The translations under genes and the position numbers were made by a program. The notes beneath the pieces were generated by a model. The model saw only the letters and a program-made list of their open reading frames with translations. It ran no database searches and had not been told where the DNA came from. DNA of 64,000 nt, from NCBI GenBank assembly GCA_965215365.1, contig CBDCDS010000003.1:1088001-1152000 (forward strand), given 5' to 3'. The DNA comes from Gammaproteobacteria bacterium (GTDB taxonomy: Bacteria; Pseudomonadota; Gammaproteobacteria; Eutrophobiales; Eutrophobiaceae). Below, one piece after another: positions 22,110-32,130 of the stretch (position 1 is the stretch's first letter; each line of letters begins with the position of its first letter).

Positions 22110-23297
22110 TTATTCTGTAAAGTCCGGCGCCAGATTACCGAAAGCCTCACAGATCCGGTCTATCTGTTCATCGGTATGGGCGGCGCTGACGCTGATGCGT
22201 ACCAGAGATTTGCCGTCAGGGGTTGCCGGGGGAAAGATCAGGTTCACATAGACGCCTTGTTCATGCAGACTGCGCCATAATGCCAGCGCCTGTTCCCGAG
22301 TGTCCAGCAGGGCGGCGATGACCGGGCAGGGCTCGGGGCCGAGTGTATAACCTGCATCATGCAAGTGTTGATACAGACGCCGCGCGTGACGCCACAGGCG
22401 GGCGCGCAGGTCGCCGCCCTGTGCCACCCGCCGCAGCGCAGCCCGGGTCGAGGCAATGACGGATGGGCAGGGCGAGGCGGTGAAGATATAGGGCCGGCTT
22501 GCATAACGTATCAGCTCGAGTTGCGGATGGTTGCTCACACAGTAGCCGCCGGTACTGGCCAGACTTTTACTGAAAGTGCCGGCAATGAAATCCGCGTCGT
22601 GGATAACACCGGCTTCCTCCACCAGACCCCTGCCGCGTTCCCCCAGCACGCCCAGAGAATGGGCTTCATCCACCAGCAACATGGCGCCGTGGGTATTTTT
22701 TACCTCGATAATCTCCCGGATACGCGCCTTGTCACCCAGCATACTGTAGATGCCCTCGATGATCACCAGAGTCGTCGTCGCGCGCGCCCCCAGGCGGCGC
22801 AGGCGTCGGTCCAGATCCGCGGGGTTATTATGGCGGAAGCGCAGGATGTCGGCGCCACTCAGACGGCAACCGTCGTAGATGCTGGCGTGGCTATCCGCGT
22901 CGATCAGGATGGTGTCCTCATTGTTGGTCAAGCCGGATATCACTGCCAGGTTGGCCTGATAGCCGGTGGTGAAGACGATGGCCTGCTCACAGCCATAGAA
23001 CGCAGCAATTTCCTGCTCCAGCGCGCGGTGGCCGGCAAAGCTGCCATTGGCCATTCTCGAGCCGGTGGTGCCGGTGCCCAGTTCATCCAGCGCAGCATGG
23101 GCGGCGCTGAGGCTGGCCGCATCGAAAGTGAGCCCTAGGTAATTGTTGGTGCCGGCCAGGATAGTTCTGCGGCCGTTAATGCGCGCTTCCGTTGCCGAGT
23201 AGATTTCTTCTATGGGCGCGCCGAACGGATCAATGCCGCGTCCCAGCAGGTTATGCCGGTCCCGCATCAACGGCTGAAACTTGGCAAACAGGGTCAT
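22110..23297 (-). CDS. spt: Serine palmitoyltransferase (alpha-oxoamine synthase family)
   Basis: GTNNYLGL, GTTGSRMANG, DEAHS, GTFSKS (PLP lysine); adjacent to ACP and acyl ligase genes. Confidence 0.85.
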   Translation of the reverse strand: MTLFAKFQPLMRDRHNLLGRGIDPFGAPIEEIYSATEARINGRRTILAGTNNYLGLTFDAASLSAAHAALDELGTGTTGSRMANGSFAGHRALEQEIAAFYGCEQAIVFTTGYQANLAVISGLTNNEDTILIDADSHASIYDGCRLSGADILRFRHNNPADLDRRLRRLGARATTTLVIIEGIYSMLGDKARIREIIEVKNTHGAMLLVDEAHSLGVLGERGRGLVEEAGVIHDADFIAGTFSKSLASTGGYCVSNHPQLELIRYASRPYIFTASPCPSVIASTRAALRRVAQGGDLRARLWRHARRLYQHLHDAGYTLGPEPCPVIAALLDTREQALALWRSLHEQGVYVNLIFPPATPDGKSLVRISVSAAHTDEQIDRICEAFGNLAPDFTE

Positions 23298-23575
23298 GGG
23301 TCGGATTTCTCACACCCGGAAAGGATAACAGCGTGAATCTTGTGCGCCAGATCCTTGACGGTCTGCACATCTGCCAGCAGGTTAACCGGCATGGATATGT
23401 CAAACTCATCTTCGATATCCATGAGCAGGTCCAGCACCTTGAATGAATCCAGCCCGAGCTCTGTCACCAGTTCGGAATCTTCCGTCAACCGGACTTCGGC
23501 GGCAGTCAGTCCGTCCAGTGCGCTGAGCACTTTTTCCAGAATTTCCCCGTAACTTGTACCGTGGCTTGCGCTCAT
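23294..23575 (-). CDS. Acyl carrier protein (sphingolipid-dedicated)
   Basis: LGLDSF phosphopantetheine site, IEDEFDIS; ATGA overlap with spt. Confidence 0.9.
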   Translation of the reverse strand: MSASHGTSYGEILEKVLSALDGLTAAEVRLTEDSELVTELGLDSFKVLDLLMDIEDEFDISMPVNLLADVQTVKDLAHKIHAVILSGCEKSDP

Positions 23576-23599
23576 GCAGTATTCTCCGGCTTTAAGGTG

Positions 23600-23634
23600 T
23601 GAAAATGCCACGGAGGGCATTTTCAGAGACGTCC
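23600..23634. repeat. Family B palindrome
   Basis: GAAAATGCCACGGAGGGCATTTTC core. Confidence 0.75.
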
Positions 23635-23635
23635 A

Positions 23636-24544
23636 TTATACTACCGAGTCAAGGGTCTCAGCCAAACGGAGAGTTGGCCGCCAGCCAATGCTGGTTGTCA
23701 AAGGCGCATTATCACATACCCAGTTTTCGTGCGTGACTTCGTTGACCTTGCCCGGGGTGAGCATGGCCGGATAACGGCAGGCACGGGCCAGCCACAGGTT
23801 GGCATGAGCGGCGCATTTCAGCAATGTTGCCGGAACCCGTAGCCGGGTAACGTTACGTTGCCAGGTGTCCCGGCTGATGGTTGCGAGGTCTTCCCAGCGA
23901 TACCCGCCGGCGTTGCCGTCATCCAGTTCAAACAGTCCTTGTGCTGCCTTTGCCTGTAACCACATCAGCATGGCTTGCGCCAGATCATGGACATAGATCA
24001 GACTGATCCGGGTCGCCGGCGAACCGAACGTCAGCAGCACGCCGCGCCGCAGCAGGCGAAACAGGGGACGCATTTCCTTGTCGCCCGGCCCATATACGGC
24101 GGTGGGACGAAAAATGGTGCGGGACAGGTCCGCGTAGCGGTCTGACAGCAGCAGTGCTTCCGCGTCTGCTTTACTGCGCGCATACCAGGAATAGTGCGGA
24201 TACCTCGCGGCCAGCGATGAAATCAGCAAAAATCGGGGCGCCGGTGTCACCTTTCGGGCTGCGGCCAACAGGTTTTCCGTGCCGTTGAGATTGACTTGCA
24301 GAAACTGCGCCAGGGAATTCCCGCGGGTGATGCCGGCGCAATGTATGATGCCGGCGCAGCCATCGACAAGTTCGGCCAGCGCCGCGCGATTGTCGAGATC
24401 GCCGTTGATCCAGCGAACACACTCGCGCCCGGGTTGCGGGCGGCGGGTGAGCGCCTTGATCAGGTAGCCTGAATTAACCAGCGCAGTGAGGAAATTGCTG
24501 CCGACAAAGCCTGTGGCTCCGGTCAGCGCCACAGTTGCTGTCAC
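23636..24544 (-). CDS. NAD-dependent epimerase/reductase, CerR-like
   Basis: TGATGFVG, YARSK (YxxxK), RPTAVYGPGD; lies between the acyl ligase and ACP genes. Confidence 0.8.
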   Translation of the reverse strand: MTATVALTGATGFVGSNFLTALVNSGYLIKALTRRPQPGRECVRWINGDLDNRAALAELVDGCAGIIHCAGITRGNSLAQFLQVNLNGTENLLAAARKVTPAPRFLLISSLAARYPHYSWYARSKADAEALLLSDRYADLSRTIFRPTAVYGPGDKEMRPLFRLLRRGVLLTFGSPATRISLIYVHDLAQAMLMWLQAKAAQGLFELDDGNAGGYRWEDLATISRDTWQRNVTRLRVPATLLKCAAHANLWLARACRYPAMLTPGKVNEVTHENWVCDNAPLTTSIGWRPTLRLAETLDSVV

Positions 24545-24545
24545 G

Positions 24546-24589
24546 AGGCCACCTCTAAAAATACCACGGAGGGTATTTTAGAGGTTCCC
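24546..24589. repeat. Family B palindrome abutting a start codon
   Basis: AGGCCACCTCTAAAAATACCACGGAGGGTATTTTAGAGGTTCCC. Confidence 0.8.
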
Positions 24590-24636
24590 ATGACGGTCGC
24601 GCGCTCACGGCCTCCGCGTTGTCCGGCTGCAGCCGG

Positions 24637-26388
24637 TCAGGCGGTTTCGGCTTGTAAAGTAGCGGCCTGGGCCAGATCTACTCTTTTGGTAAAGCCTTTG
24701 CGCGCTGCAACCCGGGACAGTTTGCCCGATGAGGTACGTGGCAGAGTATGCGGGTCAACCAGGTCCACATAACAGAAAATCCCGAAGCCCTCATAGACTT
24801 TCCGTTGCAATTTTTTGATTAACAACTGTCTGGCCGTGCTGTCGGTCAGGCGGCATTCGACTACCAGCACAACGATCTGTTGACCGTTGTCAAGTTCTAT
24901 ATCGAAGGCCGAGGATTCGCCCATCCTGACTCCATCCATCTCTTCGGCTATTTCCTCTAGGTCCTGGGCACGGATGTTCCTGCCGTTGACGATGATGATG
25001 TCTTTGCGCCGACCGGTCAGATAGAGGTTATCGCAATACAGGTAGCCCAGGTCACCGGTATCGAGCCAACCGTTTTCCAGCATCACCCGGTCGGTAGCCT
25101 GCTGGTCGTCCAGATAGCCATCCATCAGACTGGGGCCCTTTATCAGGACTCTGCCGACGCGCAAGTCCGGCAACAACTCGCCGTCGCTGCCGACAATCCG
25201 GATCTCGTGTTCCGGCAGGGCGCGACCGCAATTCACTATCTCGTTGATCTTGCGGTGGTGCGACTGCACGCGCACAGCAATACCTCGTTCCGCCATGGTC
25301 AGGGCGTCTACTGACATGACATCCAGACCGCACTCAAGTTCTGAGAAGGTCGCCGCCAGCGAGGCCTCTGCCAACCCGTAACAGGGCAGAAAGGCATTGG
25401 CGTCAAAACCAGTTGCAGCCATAGTCTGCGCAAACGCCTTGAAGGTGCTGGAACGCAACATCTCTGCGCCAATGCCGGCAATGCGCCAGCAATCCAGATT
25501 AAGCTGTCCCAGATCCGCGCTACGAATCCTGCGGGTGCAGAGCTCGTAACCGAACGGCGGCGAGAAGGCAATCGTACAGCGATTGCGACTGATTAAACGC
25601 AACCATTGCAACGGGCGTATGGCAAAATCTCTGGTGCGCAGGTAATCCACGGACAGCTGCGAGGCGATCGGCCCGAGCACGAAGCCAACCAGCCCCATGT
25701 CATGGTAGAACGGCAACCAGGACGCGCAACGATCGCCGTTATGCACTTGCAGGCCGCTTCTGGTGATCCCTTGCAGGTTGCTCATGACGGCCTTGCCGGT
25801 AATGACAACGCCCTGTGGCGCGCGCGTGCTGCCCGAAGTAAATTGCAGGTAGGCCGGTTCTTCCGGCCTGCTTGGCTGCATGGGTAGCTCAGACGGGGGG
25901 ATATCAGCCAGTTGTTCCGGGGTGCCGATCCATTGCAGGTGTTCGTTATCGGCACTGGCTTCCTCGAGGAAGCTGATAAATTCCTTATGGGCGATGGCCA
26001 CTTTGGCCCTGCCGCTGCTGAGCAGCCCGTTGAGCTGCTGCACATACACCGCGTGGCTGCCGAGGTTCAGTGGTATCGGCATGGCAAACGGGACCAGCCC
26101 GACATATTGACAAGCGAAGAACAGGACCATGAAATCCGGGTGGGTGTCGGCCACCAGCGCGATGTGATCGCCGCGCTTCAGGTCCATACTGAGCAGGCGC
26201 CGGGCCGCAATTCCGGCTTGTTCCCGGAGTTCGCTATATGGCAGGACGGCGTTGAGCCGGCCCCTGGCATCGTAGAAATTGCACCCGGTGACACCCGTGG
26301 CCGCGTAATCCAGCGCCTCTGACAGACAGGAGAAACCGGCAAGATCTTGCGAAATTGTATTACCTGTGTTCGTCGCTTCTCGGCTCAC
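24637..26388 (-). CDS. Fatty acyl-AMP ligase / acyl-ACP synthetase
   Basis: YLQFTSGSTRAP, SWLPFYHDMGLVG, CYGLAEA, TGDLG, LPRTSSGK. Confidence 0.92.
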   Translation of the reverse strand: MSREATNTGNTISQDLAGFSCLSEALDYAATGVTGCNFYDARGRLNAVLPYSELREQAGIAARRLLSMDLKRGDHIALVADTHPDFMVLFFACQYVGLVPFAMPIPLNLGSHAVYVQQLNGLLSSGRAKVAIAHKEFISFLEEASADNEHLQWIGTPEQLADIPPSELPMQPSRPEEPAYLQFTSGSTRAPQGVVITGKAVMSNLQGITRSGLQVHNGDRCASWLPFYHDMGLVGFVLGPIASQLSVDYLRTRDFAIRPLQWLRLISRNRCTIAFSPPFGYELCTRRIRSADLGQLNLDCWRIAGIGAEMLRSSTFKAFAQTMAATGFDANAFLPCYGLAEASLAATFSELECGLDVMSVDALTMAERGIAVRVQSHHRKINEIVNCGRALPEHEIRIVGSDGELLPDLRVGRVLIKGPSLMDGYLDDQQATDRVMLENGWLDTGDLGYLYCDNLYLTGRRKDIIIVNGRNIRAQDLEEIAEEMDGVRMGESSAFDIELDNGQQIVVLVVECRLTDSTARQLLIKKLQRKVYEGFGIFCYVDLVDPHTLPRTSSGKLSRVAARKGFTKRVDLAQAATLQAETA

Positions 26389-26460
26389 GATGAATAAACT
26401 CCCGTCTTACTCTTGTCAACGCCGGTTGACAAAGACAGACTTGCTTTTGATTCATTACCG

Positions 26461-26822
26461 GGCGCCTCTGAAAATGCCACGGGGGGCATTTTCAGAGTTC
26501 GCTCACAGCGTCCTTCCGCCAGCATAGAACGTTCCCCTGATATGTCGGCGCAGTTAATTATAAACATAAAGCACGGCCATTTTATGGCAGTACCATGGTG
26601 TAATCTACCGAATTGTTACATGTTCTGAAGAAAACTTCCAGTTTTTTTTTCATAGTCACCTGTAAAAATGCCACACAGTGTATTTTTAGAGGTTACTATA
26701 GGCAACCTCTTCAACCATAGCTACGGCTATGGTTTCGGTCGCAGGCACCCGCAGGCAAAACCAATCCGGCGCGATCTTCGCATCACTTGGTGAGATCTGC
26801 GGGCTAAAAATCAGAGGCGCCC
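26461..26822. repeat. Family B palindromes (26461-26502, 26654-26697) and a MITE A half nested between family B ends (26701-26822)
   Basis: GGCGCCTCTGAAAATGCCACGGGGGGCATTTTCAGAG; GGCAACCTCT-[TCAACCATAGC...GAGATCTGCGGGCT]-AAAAATCAGAGGCGCC. Confidence 0.8.
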
Positions 26823-26847
26823 TGTAGCAGCATACATAGCTTAAACG

Positions 26848-28011
26848 ATGACAGACGGACGATCAAAACCCTTTGCTGGCGGCAACGACTCAATCCGGGT
26901 TGTTGCGGTGAACAATCGGCGTCGGTTAGCCGAATTCATGCGACTGCCCTGGCATCTGTACGCGCAGGATCCGTGCTGGGTGCCGCCGTTGCGGCTGGAA
27001 CGGCGGCTGCATCTGTCTTCGTTCAATCCTTATTTTGCCCATGCCCGTTGGCAGGGCTGGGTTGCCTGGCAGGCCGACCGGCCCGTGGGTCGCATCAGTG
27101 CCCAGGTCGATGACCTGCATCGCCGCCATTACCACGTGAAATCCGGGCATTTCGGCTTTCTGGAGTGCACAAACAACCCGGGCGTGATGCGCGCGCTGGT
27201 GGCGGCCAGTGAACGCTGGCTGCAGCAGCAGCAAACCGAGGTGATTACCGGACCCTTCAATTTTTCCATAAACCAGGAGTGTGGCCTGCTGGTGGACGGT
27301 TTCGATACCCCACCGGCGATTATGACCCCGCATAACCCACCCTGGTACGCCGAATTGCTGGAGCAACAGGGCTACCGCGCCGCAAAAGAGCTGTATGCCT
27401 ACTGGATTAAGCCCGATTTTGTCATCCCCAAGGTCATGCAGAACCTGGTGAACAGGTTTGGCGGTGCCGTGCGCTTGCGCACCTTGCGGCGCAGCAGGTT
27501 CAAACAGGAACTGGAAACCCTGCGGGAAATTTTTAACGATGCCTGGTCTCACAACTGGGGTTTCGTGCCGTTTACCCGGAAGGAATTTGCTGAACTCGGT
27601 ACCAGTCTGAGGCTGTTTGTGCCGGATGATTTTATCTGTATCGCGGAATACCAGGGCGAACCGGTTGCGTTTATTGTGGGCCTGCCCAACCTGAACGAGG
27701 TCACCAAGAGCCTGGACGGCAGGTTATTTCCCACCGGATTGCTTAAAATCATCCACGCGTTGCGTAGCCGGCGTATTCGCAGCTGCAGAGTCCCGTTAAT
27801 GGGCGTGCGCAGTAAATGGCAGCATACGCCATTGGGTATTGCGCTGGCCTTGCTGGTGATCAACGATCTCAGGCAAGCGATTATCGAGCGCGGGATCACG
27901 GGCGTGGAAATGTCCTGGATACTGGAGGACAACAAGGGTATGCGCAGCATCTTAGAGCGGGTCGGCAGCCGCTTGTACAAGACCTACCGCATTTACGAAA
28001 AGCGCATGTGA
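26848..28011 (+). CDS. GNAT-fold N-acyltransferase, bacterial ceramide synthase-like
   Basis: WVPPL, GRISAQ, GHFGFLE, GPFNFSINQECGLL, NWGFVP, EMSWILEDN; divergent from the spt operon. Confidence 0.8.
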   Translation: MTDGRSKPFAGGNDSIRVVAVNNRRRLAEFMRLPWHLYAQDPCWVPPLRLERRLHLSSFNPYFAHARWQGWVAWQADRPVGRISAQVDDLHRRHYHVKSGHFGFLECTNNPGVMRALVAASERWLQQQQTEVITGPFNFSINQECGLLVDGFDTPPAIMTPHNPPWYAELLEQQGYRAAKELYAYWIKPDFVIPKVMQNLVNRFGGAVRLRTLRRSRFKQELETLREIFNDAWSHNWGFVPFTRKEFAELGTSLRLFVPDDFICIAEYQGEPVAFIVGLPNLNEVTKSLDGRLFPTGLLKIIHALRSRRIRSCRVPLMGVRSKWQHTPLGIALALLVINDLRQAIIERGITGVEMSWILEDNKGMRSILERVGSRLYKTYRIYEKRM

Positions 28012-29111
28012 GCACCCTCAACCTGTTCGACACGCCCGCAGTCATGTCTTATATTCAACGCTATATTGTATGGGAAGTGCTCAGGCCCTTCAGTTTTGTG
28101 CTGCTCATCTTGGTCACCCTGTTTGCCTGTTTCAGCAGCGCCAGATACCTGGCTCAGGCTGTGACCGAGACCCTGGGCATCTACTTCATGCTCAGGCTGA
28201 TTTTGTTGAAGACGTTGATTGCTCTGGAAGTGCTGGTTCCCATTGCGCTCTATACGTCGGTGGTGATTGGTCTTGGCAGATTACATCGCGACCGCGAAAT
28301 AATTGCCTTGAATGCCGCCGGCGCCGGGGATAAAAATATTGTCGGCCCGGTTATGCTGGTATCCATACCGATAGCCCTGCTAGCGGGCTACCTGTCCCTG
28401 TATGCTCGCCCCTGGGCTTATGAGAACAGTTATCGTCTGGATGCCACGGCCAAGGCGGATTTGAATACCGATCGGTTCCAACCAGGGCGCTTTTACGGCA
28501 ACGAAGAGACCGGAACAGTCATCTACATCGGCGCCAAAGACGAGGCCAGCGGCGAGATGGACAAAATTTTTTATTATACCCGCACGCCAGACGCCAGCGA
28601 GATTACCGTGGCGCGTAATGCCACCCAGGACCGGGACCTGGAGGACGGCCGCTTGCGGGTAAACCTCTATAACGGCTGGCTCTACCGCCTGCAGCGGGAG
28701 GCGGCGGCAGATGCACTGGCCAGTTATGAAAAGCTGGTCAGGTTTCATCAGGATCCGCAGGCGAGTATCGGCTACAAGCGCAAGGCGCAAACGACATCCG
28801 CCCTGCTCGACTCCGACAGTCCCGAGGATATAGCCGAGGCCCAGTGGCGCCTGTCCCGCCCCGTAGCCACCCTGCTGCTGGCGCTGATTGCCGTCCCGCT
28901 GAGCCGTTCGTCTCCCCGGCAGGGGAAAAATGAAAGGGTATTCACCGCGGCGCTGGTGTTTGCGGTTTATTACAACCTGAGCGGTGTCGCTCAGACCTGG
29001 GTGGAGCGCGGCATGCTGGGCGAAATCCCCGGCGTCTGGTGGTTGCACGCGCTGCTGGCGCTGGTGACCGCGCTGTTGCTGTCCGGCAAACGCCTGTTGC
29101 CGCGCCTGTGA
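28008..29111 (+). CDS. lptF: LptF-family permease
   Basis: YIQRYI..E, LGRLHRDREIIAL.AAG, AEAQWRLS; GTGA overlap with the upstream gene (alternative ATG at 28044). Confidence 0.88.
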   Translation: MSTLNLFDTPAVMSYIQRYIVWEVLRPFSFVLLILVTLFACFSSARYLAQAVTETLGIYFMLRLILLKTLIALEVLVPIALYTSVVIGLGRLHRDREIIALNAAGAGDKNIVGPVMLVSIPIALLAGYLSLYARPWAYENSYRLDATAKADLNTDRFQPGRFYGNEETGTVIYIGAKDEASGEMDKIFYYTRTPDASEITVARNATQDRDLEDGRLRVNLYNGWLYRLQREAAADALASYEKLVRFHQDPQASIGYKRKAQTTSALLDSDSPEDIAEAQWRLSRPVATLLLALIAVPLSRSSPRQGKNERVFTAALVFAVYYNLSGVAQTWVERGMLGEIPGVWWLHALLALVTALLLSGKRLLPRL

Positions 29112-30172
29112 CCGTGGTTGAAAATTACCTGATGCGCCAGATCGGCTTGGGATTGCTGATTGCCGCGGCGTTGTTGTTGCCATTATTCAGTTTTTTCGAC
29201 CTGATTGACCAGATGGAGCATATCGGCGAGGGCCTGTTCCGTATGCAGGATGCGTTTTACATCGTGCTGTTGCTGTTGCCCCGGCGGCTGATCCAGCTGC
29301 TCCCGTTCATTGCTCTGATTGGCAACGTCATTGCATTGGGCCGCCTGGCGTTGAATTCGGAACTTATCGCCATGCGCGCAGCCGGTTTGTCGCCGGCTAA
29401 AATCAGTCTGGCATCGTTCAAGGTGGGTCTGTGTCTGCTGTTGTTGCTGGGCGCGCTGGAGCAGTACGGCGCCCCCTACCTGCAGAAAAAGGCTATTTCC
29501 CATCGTCTGGAAGTGTTGAACCAGAGTGGCGAACTGGGCGCCGACCTGGGGATCTGGACGCGGGATCAGAACCGCATCATGCGCCTAGGAGAAGCCATCC
29601 AGGCGACTCTGGTACAGGATGTGGAAATTTTTACTCTGGATGACCAGGGGCTGCTTGGCGAATATATCTACGCGCAGGACGCCGAGATCGTCAACAATGA
29701 TCTGTGGCGGTTGCACAATGTCGCCATCAAGGAGTTCAACGGCGAACAGATCGATACGAGATCGCTCGCCCGCATGAGCTGGCGCCCTTTCTTGAGCGCC
29801 GAGCAGATGGACACGCTGACCCGGCCGCCGGAGAGTCTTTCCCCCGAGGAGTTATACCACTACATTGCATACCTGAAGAATGCCGGGCAGCAATATGATG
29901 AAATATCCTTGGCGTTCTGGCGCAAGTTCGGGGCCGGGCTGATCATGCTGGCCATGTTGCTGTTGTCGGCGCCGTTTGTATTCGGTTCGATACGCACCGG
30001 CATCGGTGCCCGGCTGGCGCTGGCGGGTATCACCGGTATTTGCGTCTATCTGCTCGATCAGATCTTCTCCAACGCCGGCTTGCTGCTCAACCTGCACCAC
30101 GCCCTGGTAGCGCTCACCCCCGGGCTGATGCTGATGTTTGTCGGCCTGTTGTGGTTGCGGCGAGTGGCATAA
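29108..30172 (+). CDS. lptG: LptG-family permease
   Basis: LGRLALNSELIAMRAAGLS, PESLS..L..YI.YL, PFVFGSIR. Confidence 0.88.
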   Translation: MTVVENYLMRQIGLGLLIAAALLLPLFSFFDLIDQMEHIGEGLFRMQDAFYIVLLLLPRRLIQLLPFIALIGNVIALGRLALNSELIAMRAAGLSPAKISLASFKVGLCLLLLLGALEQYGAPYLQKKAISHRLEVLNQSGELGADLGIWTRDQNRIMRLGEAIQATLVQDVEIFTLDDQGLLGEYIYAQDAEIVNNDLWRLHNVAIKEFNGEQIDTRSLARMSWRPFLSAEQMDTLTRPPESLSPEELYHYIAYLKNAGQQYDEISLAFWRKFGAGLIMLAMLLLSAPFVFGSIRTGIGARLALAGITGICVYLLDQIFSNAGLLLNLHHALVALTPGLMLMFVGLLWLRRVA

Positions 30173-31040
30173 GCCGCTGCTCAAATTCCTGCGTTTCTTC
30201 ATTGAGGATGAATGAGTTGACGCGGGTCTGCCAGCCTGATGGAAGTTGGCTGATTTCATAGATGTAGTAGCCCGGGGCCTTGGCCGGGTCGTTGTAGTTG
30301 GCCGAGGCAGAGGGTACGCCGAACACGGGGATACGGCGCGCTCCGGCTTGCAGTGTGGCCTGCATCTGCCGGTGACCGTGACCGTGAATAACCAGCTCCG
30401 CGCCGGGCCCGGCCAGGGTTGACAGCAGCGCGCCGGCATCACTGAGGCCGCGCCTCGCACTCATGGAATGCGGGCTGTGGTGCAGTATGACGATGCGGTA
30501 CAGGCCCTGTTGCGCGGTCGCTTCAAGCAGCTGGCCCAGGTATTGCAGCTGCTCTTCACCCAACCTGCCGCTGGCATAAAAGGGCGGCGTGGGCACGGCG
30601 CTGCACAGGCCAATGAGCGCCACCGGGCCACGCACCCGCAGGTAAGGAAACTGTGGCCCGCGCGCCGCCGCGCCGGGGTCGCTTTGCATGTACGCGCGCC
30701 AACGTCCGAGCGTTTGCTCTAGGTCGGCGGCAATGTAGCGATCATGATTCCCCGGCACAATTGAGATATAATCGGGCGCGCCGATGCGCGTTAACCAGGT
30801 TTCGGCTTCCCGGCATTCGCGTGCGGTGCCTAGGTGCGTGAGATCGCCGCTGATAGCCAGGTGGTCGGGTTGTTGTCCTGCCAGGTGCGCCAGCGTTCGG
30901 GATAATATCTCCCTGCTGTGCGCCCGGCGCCGTTTAAGGCGCCAGGAGAGGTAGCCGAGGATACGTTTGTTGAGTAATTCCCGCCACCGGACCGGGGCCA
31001 GCGAGGTCAGGTGCGGGTCCGACAGATGCGCTATTTTCAT
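30114..31040 (-). CDS. Calcineurin-like metallophosphoesterase
   Basis: HLSDPH, SGDLT, PGNHD, LHH, HGHGH. Confidence 0.92.
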   Translation of the reverse strand: MKIAHLSDPHLTSLAPVRWRELLNKRILGYLSWRLKRRRAHSREILSRTLAHLAGQQPDHLAISGDLTHLGTARECREAETWLTRIGAPDYISIVPGNHDRYIAADLEQTLGRWRAYMQSDPGAAARGPQFPYLRVRGPVALIGLCSAVPTPPFYASGRLGEEQLQYLGQLLEATAQQGLYRIVILHHSPHSMSARRGLSDAGALLSTLAGPGAELVIHGHGHRQMQATLQAGARRIPVFGVPSASANYNDPAKAPGYYIYEISQLPSGWQTRVNSFILNEETQEFEQRLMPLAATTTGRQTSASARG

Positions 31041-31122
31041 AACGCCACAGAGTACACAGAGTACGCAGAGAAATAAACACATCCATTCCTTATGAGTCAC
31101 ATCTTGTACCAACCGGTAGGGA

Positions 31123-31183
31123 AGCCCGCAGGCGCAAAAAATCCGGCGCGATCTTCGCATCACTGGGTGAGATATGCGGGCTA
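31123..31183 (+). mobile_element. Short internally deleted MITE A derivative
   Basis: AGCCCGCAGG...ATCCGGCGCGATCTTCGCATCACTGGGTGAGATATGCGGGCTA. Confidence 0.75.
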
Positions 31184-32130
31184 GGCCGCCGCTGCCAGCG
31201 GCGTTGCTCGAGCGTATCGAACGGCAGTGCGCCGCGCCGCCGCCGCCGGCCTGTGCGGCGATGACCCGGGCCTTGCAGGAAACCTACGGCGCGGCGCTGC
31301 AAGGCATATTGTTCTACGGTTCCTGTGTGCGCGGTATGTCTCTGACAGAAGGTGTGGCCGATGCGTTTGTAGTCGTCGACAGTTACCGCAATGCGCATCC
31401 TAAGCCCTGGCAGGCCTGGCTCAATGCCTGGCTGCCCCCCAACATATTATATCGGGAAATCCCCACTGAGGCCGGATTACTGAGGCTGAAACTGGCGCTG
31501 ATCAGTATGACGGATTTTTCCAAGGGTATCCGTTACGGGTTTCATTCCTATCTGTGGGGGCGCTTTGCCCAACCGGTGCACATACTCCAGGCCCGCAATG
31601 CGGCGTTGCGGGCGGAATTTCATGAGCTGCTGGCGCACGCGGTGCTGACTTTGCTCAGGACTACGGCGCCGTCGTTGCGCGAGCAGGTCAACAACGCGGA
31701 AACCATTTGGACCCATGCCTTGGCCCTGTCATACTCTACCGAGTTTCGGGCTGAGCCCGACTCCAAGGCGGCGGAACTGGCGCGCCATCACCTTGCTGAC
31801 TACGCGGCACTGCTGGAAGACTCCCTGCCGGCTCTGGAGGCTGTGCTACACCGGGAAGGCCACGACAGCTACACGCGCCGCGCCACTGCCGCCGGCGCCC
31901 ATCGCGCCCGCCGGCAATGGCGCCGCCGCCGCCGGCTGGGACATCTGTTGTGGATGCTGAGACTGTTCAAGGCTGCGTTCACCTTCAGCAACGGGGTCGA
32001 TTATGCAGCCTGGAAGATCGGCCGTCATACCGGCGTAGAGATAGAGGTGACCCCTCGACTACGCCGTTATCCGCTGCTGTTCGGCTGGGGCGTGTTCCTG
32101 AAACTAGTGAGGCGGGGTGTGCTACGGTGA
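31174..32130 (+). CDS. Putative lipid cytidylyltransferase (Tam41-like nucleotidyltransferase fold)
   Basis: ILFYGS..(ADAFVVVD) NTase-like motif, WGRFAQP, LFKAAFTF..GVDYAAWKI.RH; lies in the sphingolipid cluster. Confidence 0.6.
   Translation: MRARPPLPAALLERIERQCAAPPPPACAAMTRALQETYGAALQGILFYGSCVRGMSLTEGVADAFVVVDSYRNAHPKPWQAWLNAWLPPNILYREIPTEAGLLRLKLALISMTDFSKGIRYGFHSYLWGRFAQPVHILQARNAALRAEFHELLAHAVLTLLRTTAPSLREQVNNAETIWTHALALSYSTEFRAEPDSKAAELARHHLADYAALLEDSLPALEAVLHREGHDSYTRRATAAGAHRARRQWRRRRRLGHLLWMLRLFKAAFTFSNGVDYAAWKIGRHTGVEIEVTPRLRRYPLLFGWGVFLKLVRRGVLR

Noticed and set aside
22110-23297. Calling the AOS enzyme BioF or Kbl
   Set aside because: The ACP/acyl-ligase/reductase/GNAT context and the GSRMANG and GTFSKS motifs fit SPT better; no bio or tdh genes are nearby.
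31046-31072. Short tandem CACAGAGTA repeats, and ATCTGCG repeats at about 20716-20741
   Set aside because: Only 2-3 imperfect units; low-information intergenic repeats with no supportable function.
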